The position numbers and the translations under genes are program-made. Of a stretch of 64,000 nt of DNA, positions 50,601-62,600 are shown piece after piece (position 1 is the stretch's first letter; each line of letters starts with the position of its first letter). Where the stretch lies: the NCBI GenBank assembly GCA_051294905.1, contig CM119385.1, positions 11,842,001-11,906,000 of the forward strand, given 5' to 3'. Origin of the DNA: Botryllus schlosseri. Lineage: Eukaryota. Under the pieces are notes generated by a model. That model saw only the letters and a list, made by a program, of their open reading frames with translations. It was not told where the DNA came from and searched no databases.

Positions 50601-53600
50601 CTCTCCAACATTTTTTGGAGTGGTGCACCCTGCATAGTTGTAACTCTGACTCATGGATACCTGTAAGGTCAAGCTACATAAACTGCGTATGTCAGCTATA
50701 AATAATGTGTCATCAGTTTCATCTGTCTGTTAATTTGAAAGATATCGGTGTTCAGACATCACACTACTTAAAAGATGTGATCACCTTTCATATGGTTGCC
50801 AAATATTGGTCTGTTACAGATGCTGATTACTGAAATTACATCGACAAAACCACGAGTTAAGATATAATCGCACTTGATATCCTAGAAGGTGCGTGGCTAG
50901 AAAAATGGCAAGCGATCGTGTGCAGTGCGTCAAGCCGGACACGTAATCTTCCAGGTTGCATAGCGGTTCGGCGAAATCCGTTTTCTTCTGCTTGCGACGA
51001 CGAGCTTTTCTCAAATCGATGTAAGGAAGCGAGTCTAAACGGGGGATACTGTGCTTAACGTGTGATAAAGCGATGCAAACTTATCCCAGAACTACTTTCC
51101 AGGTCTACTTTTCAAAATCCAAATTGTAGTAGTAGTTTTTCTGAAAACACATCGACAATTTCATACAAAAATTTGCACACTAGGATAGTGACTACAAAGA
51201 AAAATTGTTACCTTCCGGTTTCAACTTTTTGTCGGAAGTAGAAAACTGCAAAACCGACTCCTCTTCTTTGGCCATACCGGGCGCGCGGGCGTTGAAACTG
51301 TCGAGGGCCTTCAACAATTTCGCCAGCTCTCGGACACACGTAAAATCTGAAACGTTTTCCGTGTCCGACGTGTCGCGGAACACCTGATTTTGAGCGTCCT
51401 CCAAATTCGTCAGAGTCAACGAAGTGATCTGTAAAGCGTTTTAGAAAGACAAAAACGACTTGAATTTGTTCGTTCAAATCTGCAAATTTTATAAGTTTGA
51501 GAAGGGACACTCAATCGGCGGGCCTTTGAAGTGTTGGATGCTGACGTCATACTTTTTCTGTTTTACTATCCATAAGTGGAATATTCGGATATGGCCGACA
51601 GGCGGGAGAGTTGACCCTACGTATTTTTAGTCATCATCACAAGTATACGGTAAATCAACGGAAAAAGGGTCAGAGAAACCCAGTACCCACGGTTACATCG
51701 ATCGGATTTGGCAGAGAGACAACCAAAAATGTCAGTGAGATTTCTAGTGGATCTAAGAAAATTTTGCCTACTACTGAATATGAAACTTTCCCGATATTAG
51801 TAGAGAAACCCTGCGTTAAAGGCACGAATCCACTGTACAGCAATCATTAATTGGGGGAGGGGGGGCGTAAGCCAATTTTCATGGCGGGGTGAGCCCTGGC
51901 GCTCCGAGCGGCGTGTTTATCACATACTCCTCCGATGATTAGATGAAACACGAGAAGCTTGCCAGTTTATTAAAGAACTCAATGCAATGTAATTCATATT
52001 TTCTAACGATCGCTTTTCACCTCCGCAAGTTGGTCTGTTCGGGCTTACACTTTCACACATTTATTGTAAAGTCAGCCAAGTAAAATGGAGTAAGTTGAAA
52101 CAGAATTGTTGTTCGTTCTCTGGAATTGAGCCAAAAAAAAAGGATTTGGTAGCAAGAAACAATATTATTATTATTTTATTTTTGACTATGTCCTCTGTTA
52201 GGAAGATTTGTCTTCTACAAAGCAAGAACGAAAAGTATGAGAATCAATTTAGAGATTATGCATTGGAGTAATAGACAGTGCGATTGGAGCATCAAAATTT
52301 TGTAAATAACATACCAAAGGCTGTAGCACGATACATCCGGCGTCCCGGTTGATCGTTTCCGAAACCTCAATGTATTTTTTCGTCTTGTCGGCGGAAGACG
52401 CGTCCATTGCTTCGAAATCAGTCACAATAGAAGATGCCGTCTTCAAAACGACTGACACGTGTTCGCACAAAAGTTTCGTGTATTCGTGCAACATTAGTAA
52501 ACATCCATGGGTTGCCTGAAAAGTCAAGCCCTTTAACGCTGGACCTTAAATACTTCATCTAATTCACAAATAATGAAAAAATTCGGGTTTTAGCTTCAAC
52601 GAGATGAACTAGGGATGAATTTGTAGATATTTCAGTGTTCATACATTTAAATGCAGATGTCTCAGAACTCAAATGTGCTTGTTGGCCGATTTCCTGGTCT
52701 TCGATAACGCCGCGGTCAACAGCATCAATAAGGGTATTCAATATCTTTTCAAGTAAGCCTCATTTGATGGGATGAAATTGTCAAAAAGATTTACTTTGGT
52801 GTATTGGAACAGATAAACAACAACACAAATATAATAATTAATGTGTCATAGTATCAGAAATGCCCAATCGCTAAACAGCCCATTGGTGTTACAGGGGTGA
52901 AGCGTACCACTACGTTACTATTCACGCTTGAGTGGAGCTAATAACGAGGATAACGGGATGCAATATGTAACTAACTATGCATCAAGCGTACCACATAATG
53001 CCCATGGTTGACATAACGACTTGTTTAGATATACCAAGCTATGATCTTCTGATCTATTACTATTCTCAATGATACGTGAATAGTATATTGCCTCCATGGC
53101 TGTAACCAAGTCTCGGTGTTCTTTCTGATTTTAACATTTGACAGGAGTCAACTAAAGGTATAATCATTTTCTCACCGAATCAGTCCCAGTCCAAGTAATT
53201 CTACGAAGGTTACGTCCAAGTCCCAATTTTCAATCACAAATCATCTAGGTGTCATGCTCTATCACCGTGAATAGGCATTTAGGTGTAAAAAGAGATCTTC
53301 CACTGCATGGTAGCATTTGAAAGGGATGTGATGGTGAAATTTCTCGATTTTGGAGCAATTTTACAGTGAATTTCAACTTTTCAAATGTGAATAAAGATAC
53401 GTGGCACTTATCTATTGTCAAATACTTGATGTGGGCCGCACAAAATGTTCACCCGGTGCTCGTCAAACGCAGCTCACCTTATTAGTGAGGTCCAGCGCGT
53501 AAGCGGTAATGATAGTATGGAGTTTAAGGAGAAATCGCAGCGAGTGCTGATCGGACACTTTTTCTTTGGGCTTCATCAGCTTCACTTTGCTCAGAGTAAA

Positions 53601-56600
53601 ATAAAAATCGTCTTTGTCAACATCAGATTTTAATGCCTCCATGGTGTCTCTAAACACAATAGCAAAAAGAAGCTGTTTATGAAAAGTGCCAAGTTGGAAC
53701 AAGCTTGTGATAGAGCTTGGGCATTAGAGATTGTAAATTTACCGACAAACTTTCTTCAACACTTGTCCCACCAGGTCCGCGTTATTTTGAATTTTGATGC
53801 TACATAGCGCAGCCTCGCTCAGTAAAACCTCAAGGGCTTGATCGTTGGTGAGACTTTCGATGAGCAGATTGATCAGGAACTCCTGAAATATAACGCAAAT
53901 GTTATCGACCTCTTGCGATTGTTACAAAATACAAGGCATGTCACTACTGTAATCTGACGTTTTGATATCTTGAACAAAATCCATTTGCAAAGTCAAAAAT
54001 TCAGTTTGACATATAATAATCAGGCTTTAAATTGAATCATTGGAGCGTAGGGTGCTATTCTGCTATAGTCATGTATTTTGCATTCCCGATTATTGTTTTC
54101 ATGACAACCCTATTACAAAGACAAACCGCTCACAAATGATTCTTGATGAAGAAAGCAAGCAATCCTTTACCAGACTCTAACCCAGCAATATTACACGAGT
54201 TGAAAGTAGGGGACTTAAAGACTTTTGCTATCATTAGCCATGATACAGGTTTTAGAAATGCAAGATCCGTGATATTATTCAGTTCGCGACCACGGCAGAA
54301 TGACGGATGGCGACAAAATAGAGATACAGCTTCCTAACATCAACCGTAATCGTTGATGTCTTCATCTTAAATCTATTACCGTTATGAAGGGTCTAACTTT
54401 GCCCAGTTTTCGTGGCAATTTCACTTGTGTAAGTGCTGAAAATTAATCCACATAGCACTGAATTCTATGTGACTAAATCTAGGGCATAAAAGTAAGCAGG
54501 ATGGCTTCAAAATCTGCGCAAGTAGAAGTGAAAGTAGTCTAAAACTATAAACAATCGATTGAGCAGCTAAAGTACAAATACCATGCTCAAGTAGGTCTAT
54601 TCTGAATATTTACAAGTACTTAGCGATTGACTACCTTAATTTGATAACTGTCATGCATATTGCCCATATTAACCTTTCAGTAACCCGCCATTACCTGTGA
54701 TTCATGAATTTTCTCACTCTCATTTGCGGTCTCCAATATCGTTGACAGCGTAGAAGCCCGTTCCTCAATAGAGGGCAGCAATATTTCCCAACCGGCTCGA
54801 AGACAATTTTGTGCAGCTGTCATCGTACAAGTGGCCACGCCTGGAACAAAGAAGTCGAGGTCGTTAGGCATAGATTTCGCGGTTACCTGGATCGGGGTCG
54901 AGAGAAAGGGTGATAATTACGGTAATAAACTTTGAGTTGAGTATTGGAGTACCATCAATTACGATGTCATAACAGTAATAATGTCTTGTAATTCAAATAA
55001 TGTTTTTGTGGCCACCATGACAAAGATGCCAGATACACATCATCCAAAATAATTTCATATATCTCCACCACGACTACTTTGTGACATTTTGCGACCATTG
55101 CGAGGCTCAATCACTCCATGACAGAAATCGCTGTCCCATTGATGTCCATACCGGTATACTATATTTTTCATTGTTAAAATAGCACTCTTTATTTGAAGGT
55201 GTACATTAAAAAAAAATCGACCCTTGCTACGGGTTACCATATTTTGAGACCCGGAAAAAAGGACACTTTCCACAAATCGCAAAACTTACAAAATCTAACG
55301 AGTAAACGGGTAATTTGAAAATTTTGACTGGATATACTGTTGTGTTGACTGAAAAAAGGTCATTTTTCCAAATCGACTCCCGGAAAATCCGCCAGATTTC
55401 GTGTCATTTAGGGCGTTTTTCAGTTCCGCCTGTACATTTGGGCGTCCTCGGAGGACATTTTTGATTTCTTGAAGAGGGAGGACAAATCCTTTTAATGGTA
55501 ATAATTCTCACCAGGCGTGCTCGCAAGAAAAATGACATTCTTCTTAACACTCGACAGGCAAGGCCATTTCACTGTAGAATTCAGCAACCGGTCGCTGTCG
55601 CACTGCTAAAATACGCGTATTAGCGTTTCTGAACGTAGAACGAAACACAAAACGTTCCGAGTACCCGAGTACGAATGGCTCCCTCCTGCAGTTGAAGGTG
55701 CAGCAGGTTAACAACCGACACCAGCATGCATTCCTTTTCCTGACTGAGATCTTGGGTCGGGACCAGGTCCGTGCACAACTGCAATGGAATTGAGCAACAG
55801 CTGACGGGACTGCAGTGGATACGAAATGCCGATAAGACTGTAACTGGCGACTAGTAGCTCACTTTCCACCAAAAATTCAAATATAGATAACGGACTCAAC
55901 AAATTTCATACCGACCTGACAGAGAGACGACTAGAAAATTTTCAGCTTTGCCGAACGACAACACAATTAGAATTACGGCTGCACAGTTTTTTCCACAAGT
56001 TAGATTAGAATTAGAATTACTGAATTTGTAAAAATTTGGAAATTCAATTAAATCCCAGGATAGAGAGAAATACGACAAAATCAAGTTCAGCTCATACCTA
56101 ATCAGACATCATTCTCGGTCATAAGCACGAGAAAAGCAAATGTCTGTACGTGTACAATAAGTATGGCCCGTTACATACAGTTCCGCTGTAAGATTACCAG
56201 GAAAACTATAAATTAGATTAGAATCAAAATTACACCACAGAAACTATAATTAATTAGAAATAGACTACTGGTATTTCACTTTGGTCAGTTTAAAAACCTG
56301 ACATTGCATTTTGGCAGTGAAATCTTATGTGACGCGTATGTGGGAACAGTGAATATCAATATTATGTTCTCGAAACTTTTACACACTCGTGCATCCATGA
56401 AAACTTCCCGAAATACCGCCGACTGAACAATCTCGTTACGGACTTACCTTTGTGAGAAAACAATCGAGTAACGACAAGGTCTCCCGATCTGGTTGTAGCA
56501 CAAACGGACAGCTCTCCGGTAACTTGCTGCTGTAACAATCGTCCACGCCCCACGCTAAAATGCCGTCTATGCCAGCAGACAATCCTGCGGACGATAGGGT

Positions 56601-59600
56601 TAGGGGTCGACGGATTGCCACAGTAGGTTGTTACAGGAGCGAGGACTGAATCGGTACAAAAGCGGCCGTACCTGTAATTCTTTTGCCGTCGAATTTGCTG
56701 TCTTTCGTCAGCCCGCATTGCGAGCCGTATTTCCACGAGTACACCTGAAATCAGATAATGATAGACTGAGGGGGTCGCAAAGCAGTCATCCTTGTTACGT
56801 GGGTACAAGAAGTGCCGTCATAAAGTTCTACTCAAGTATATGCAGCAGGGTTGTTTGAAATTTTTCAATATATTAAAAAAAAATTCTTTAAATACTGTAT
56901 TGCCAACCCCATGATATTGTTTGGTTGTCTAAAATAACGATGCGTAACAATTTTTGCTCACTTCCAACGGTGGGCACCACTATAATAAATAATTAAAGAA
57001 TTGGTCACCGTAAATACTATTTTATTCATAATCCAAATTTTTCGACGGCAATAACTCCGCTTCCACTGGTTGAAATTGAACCAAGTTTGGTGAACATCCT
57101 TTCTATAGGCAACCTAACATTTTCATGGGGTGAACAGAAAATTTTCAAATTTTTTGTTATTTAATTTTATATAATAAATAGAAACTTTCTTCTCCTGTAG
57201 CAATGCGGCTACTGGTTGGAATTGAACCTAATTTGGTGTGTAGGCTTAAATTAGGTAACCTAACAATTTTATCAAGTAGCCAGTACGATTTGAGAAAAAA
57301 AGTCATTTTTGAAGAGCCCTAGTGTACAGGTTACACCAACCTTGAATTGTTTCGCACTATATAGCTCTCCTGTACCATTTCCATGAAAACCATAGCATGA
57401 AAACGTTTCACAAATTAGATTAAAATCAGATCACCGGCATTTTGCTGTAATTAGACAATCATAATTGTTAATCAATTGTTCAAGTCTGCACCTGAGAATC
57501 TGCTGCAGCGCCCGTTTTGGGAATCACTGCTGTAAATAATGAAAATCTTACATCTCCCTGTTCATCGAGCACGAAAACGTGCTCCCCCGTCGAAACCATG
57601 TCTTTCACGTTCCTCACAGTCTTGACCAGAGTCGGGTCGATCTCGTAATCCGTCGAGTCGATTAAACCACCGATACCGGCCCCTGACGTAAAACGACAGC
57701 CATGAGATACCCGCAATTTATCAGTAATCTAATTTCCGTACCCCACACGTGAAATTCTCCGTTGTCCGAAATGGTGGCGACAAAACTACACCCCGCGCAG
57801 ACCTTGCATATTCGGGGCCCGTTGGGGTTTTGAATATTTTCGAGAGAGTTGATGCCCATCGCGCCGTCCCAGGACAGCACCCCGCCGTCTTCCACTGCCA
57901 TAATAGTGATCTGCGCGCGACAAATATACAGCGATGACGATAATTGAGAAAAAGGCTTAGAACAAGTATGACGTAGCCACTAAGCAGGAACATAGGTTTT
58001 GAGAACAGTTGTTCATTGGAAACAGAGGTGACCAGTATCAAAGTACTTCTACTTTTTCAAAGTACCTAAGTATCAGTGTTGTGATGACTCGAGTCATGAC
58101 TTGACTCGAGTCAACTTTTTCGTATGACTTGACTCGAGTCACTTTGCAAAAATGACTTGACCCGACGCTTCAGAAATGTGGATTGACTCGTGACTCGGAG
58201 CAAAATTTACGAGTCAATTTCAAGTCATTACGTAAACGGTGTCGAATAAATCAACCTATCTTATGTATGTTCGGATTGTTCGCGATACGCCGGTGTCACT
58301 TGTGAGAGCAACCAGTCATTCACTGGTTGCACGTTTCACTGATCCTCCATTGTTACATCACAAACAAATTGACCGCAAACGAAACAATCACACCTTACGT
58401 GGTCGTAGTAGCATTGCTACTGCAGCAATAGATAAATATGATAGAAACGTATCTTTGTTTCATAGACGAATCAGTGCTTACATTGCGCATTGCTCACCTT
58501 TACTATCACTCTTGTATGATTTAAATCGAACGAATATATAGTTTATGCGTCTGTATTCTTATGGATGTCTCGATGGGTAGTGTATTGTACCACATCAATT
58601 TGTTCAACTTCTCGAGGTTTCGTGTTCGATGCTCTATATTGGTCGATAACAACAGAATATAGCTTGTAGCTACAGTTCCTGACGTATTTTACTAGCAATT
58701 GTTCGTGTGTGTGAGCGAAACAACACCTTTTTGCATGAATATTTAACTTTATATTCGTTATTTGATTCAAGATAAATGGCCAATTAATCGGTCCTTCACC
58801 CAGTTAGCAAAATGTAATGACTTTGCATCATCACTCATACTTGGAAAATTCAATTTGACTTGAATCGTGACTTGACTCATGACTCGACTTGACTTGACTC
58901 GAGTCACCTCCAAAAAACAAGTGACTTGACTTGACTCGAGTCACCTTTGAAAATCGATTACCTTGACTTGACTCGAGTCAAAATGTGCAACGACTCGAGA
59001 TGACTCGTGACTCGAAGGTAGTGACTTGATCCCAACACTGCTAAGTATGTTTTGCCTACTTACACCGAGCACACTTCTACTTCGGCTTAACAGTGTTCAG
59101 TTTTCCAGACGAATTAGGCCTGGCATCGGTTATTTTTTACTTACTTTGGTATCGCTGTTTCTACTTGCACTCAAGTAAAAATCTATGCTATTTTAAAGGA
59201 AAAACATTGTGAATAGATGCATATAATATCTTGAGTGAGTGTCGAGCTCTTCATCTCTTCCTATTTCATTACAACATACAAAGAAACACATCAGTATAAA
59301 CTAAAAACTCTGTGCTTTAAATGAGATTAAAAATGGAAATTACTAGACCCGTTTCTCTTTGTAATGAATACTTCAACTATAACGGATGGTGGAATGAGCG
59401 ATAAAACTATGTATGACATGGTGTCAGGAGACTAAATTTCTTTCACGTGCAATAAAACAAGTGAGCACGCAAATACTTCATACAGGTACAACTGGAGGTA
59501 ACCGTGCTAGTAATCAAGTCAAATCGGTGCGTTACCAATCGAGAGCAAGTTGATACAAACTGTGAGCACAGACGGAAAACGAAGTCGAATCTTATCATGA

Positions 59601-62600
59601 ACAAATAGATGACACACCATTTGCAGTGTCTCACCTCGTTATCCTCAGACAGAGCCACAGCAGTGCTATCGACGGCGCTCGTCGAAAATTTCGTGATGGG
59701 GTTGTGGCAGAGGTCATTTTGAGAGTTGTGTTGTGCCAGCGATACCCTGTCGCCTTGAAACCAAGAGTAGCAGTCCCCTGCAGACGCAACAGGCCAAGTT
59801 AAAAATCGCGATAAATCTGTGTCTGTCAACGCCACGTTGTTGAAAAAGTATCTCTCAAATCTATTGGACTGAAAGTCGAAACCGCAGAGTTGATTTGGAT
59901 TCAAAAATTGCAGTACATGTTACTGTGATGAATGCAGAATGGCTATCGGTGCCTAAAATACATTGATTCTACGGAACATCGGATCGTGATTTCGGAGTTA
60001 ATCCCCGTTTAGTTACGGTCGTTTTACCCAAAAATATGTAGGATCTGCATCCAGGGAACAGCTTTATTCAGCATCAAAAACTGACGAGGTGAAAATAGTC
60101 CGAAAGCAATTAAATAGAACGTAACTACATGATAGTAAGGTGAAATTGGACTTGACTTGCTGCTGACCGTGTCTGTTGTTAGGATAAATATAACTTATTA
60201 CCCTCTTCGGGCACGATAACGATATATTCACGGCCACAGGCAATATCCACGATCCTCCCCCTGAACGGCTTGTTTTTGTCTAGTCGCTCCAAGTTTTCAA
60301 AAAACGTAACGTCAGATTTGACTGTGAACGGCGCGTTCGCAACGTACCCGCCAAAGTAGACTTCTCCTAAAATCGGAAACGTGGCGTTTAAAACGATCAG
60401 TGTCGTACGCGACAAACGATACTCACCCGTAGTCGATAACGCCAAAAAGTAGGGACAAACGGGATTCATCGCCAGCTTTGTGAATCTCAAATCGGACCTT
60501 TTCAGCATTTCAACGCGCAAAGGTGCGTCATCCCTGCAAACAATAGCGATGACCTTCTTAAATGAGGCGAAAATACCGCAATTGCACAGACAGTTCCATG
60601 GTAGCGCCGTCCACATCCAGGTTTTCCCGAATTCAGTAATTCTAAATCTAATCTCGTTTGGAAAAAACAACTGTGTAGCTATAATCAAGGTTTAAATAAT
60701 TTGGGAATAACTGTGTAGCTATATATCTAATTCTGCTATAATTTGAAATACTTTGTAGCTGTAATACTAATTTAAATATAACTTGGAAAAGCTGCAAACT
60801 TTCTAGTTGTCAAGTCTGCGTTCAAGCCGTTCACATCCAATCCATGCAAAAAACGGGAGTTATTACGTTCTCAAAATCTTACGGTTCCCGCCCTTCATAA
60901 TCATTCATATGTCCGGTATATTTTTTTCATGTGAGCTCTATTTCTCTGTTAGTAATACGCCTTACACAAAATAACTCCCTGCAACTCTCGAGACTCCACC
61001 AATAGATTGCTAACTGGACAAAATCGACCTTTATTCGATGAGGGGCACAGACGTAATCCTAAAAACCTTTAATAATGCATACACACGCCGCATTTGAAAG
61101 AGCTTACCGGCAATTTCTGAGGCCGTTTTCCGACCAGTTTTCGAACCGACCAAAAACATAAATACAGCCGTCGTTTGATATCGCCACGCTGAACTTGAGT
61201 CCGTAAACGACTTGCTCAAATTTCATATCCGATAATTCTGGTAGAATACGCATGGGTTCGTATGGATCGTAGTAAAAAACCTGCGATAGAAATTGCAATC
61301 TTAATTGATCCAGAATACTAGACTAAATCTAATTCCAAACACATAGCGTACTGAATCCACATTGGGGTGCTAAGGGCAGTTCAAAAGTGCTACCAAATCA
61401 CAATCAAGATGCTGAGGGTGCACAGAATCCTCAATATTTCTGAATATATGGAAAACCATCAGCTACAATCGCTAACATCAGCAAGTTTCTTATGGATGCC
61501 TCATTGCAGTGCGTAACAGAAAGACTGCCACTCGAAAGGCCACTCCAGCTGAATAAAAATAGCATTATCCGATAAATTTTATGGTCCGGCTACAACCCAA
61601 CATACCACAATCTCATTCTCCCCTGATCATTTTACTTTTCTATTGAGCAGCCCCTACGCATATCAGCCATAATGGATGGCAAGTGTCTTCATTTTAATAG
61701 AGCAGCTATAATACTTTGAAATGCCACTAGATCGCCCCCTGCACTAACCTTATAGGAAGCCAATTTTGAAAAGGATTTTTCAAAAATATTGTTGCTGTCC
61801 ATGGCTGGCTTGTTCGTGGGCCTCGGACAACGCAGTACACAAGCGGCGCGGTTTAAAAATGACAGCGTGACGACCACAAGCTGCTGATAATCTGAAAAAT
61901 ATTTCAAAATTTTTTACTAATCTCCATGTCGTTACTTAGACTTAAATCAGGGCTATTTCTCTGGGTAGTTAGAGGTAATAGAGGAATTTTATTATTAGCA
62001 GTGTAAACAATATACAACATACTTATGCAGACATCTTCTTCCGATGGGATATGAAGAGAGTTGAGGTAAGAATCCACAGGGTCTTCTGAGCTGTGTTGTG
62101 GTTTCTGAAAATGAATTAAATCCCATGACAAAACAGCCCTCGGAGCAAAATCATGATTCAATCAGAATGGGCAGTAAGAATTACTAACAACAAGACAGGG
62201 TAGAGACTTGACAGGTCATGATTCCATTGCTGTGTCATGGTGACAGATAAGTGCCATCGAGACGTGACAAATCCACCAATTCATCTCATAGCTCCTTGAT
62301 CACCCTACACTTGCACCGTACCAAGCTCATTCAAGTAACAATAATAGTATCAATTTACTTGTGTGGTCAAATTCCCAGAATGGTGCGCTCCATAAGATTT
62401 TATCCATTCCGTCGACAACTGCTTCATTTGTTTCACAAAATATAAAACCGGCCCGCTTGTGAGCTGCGGGTTTTTCCTAAAGCAGAAGATATGGGTTAAC
62501 AGCAATATACTGGAAACAACCACACAGGCTTTACATTGTATCAGGCAGTTGTTTCCTGTCTTCCCACATGACCAGCAAGAAGTGCAATATCTCCAGCATG

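Noticed and set aside
52559-52758. [13 protein letters not shown]... as a HERC2 exon
   Set aside because: It would need a phase-1 start, but the upstream exon ends in phase 0 and joins 52315-52515 directly with continuous homology.
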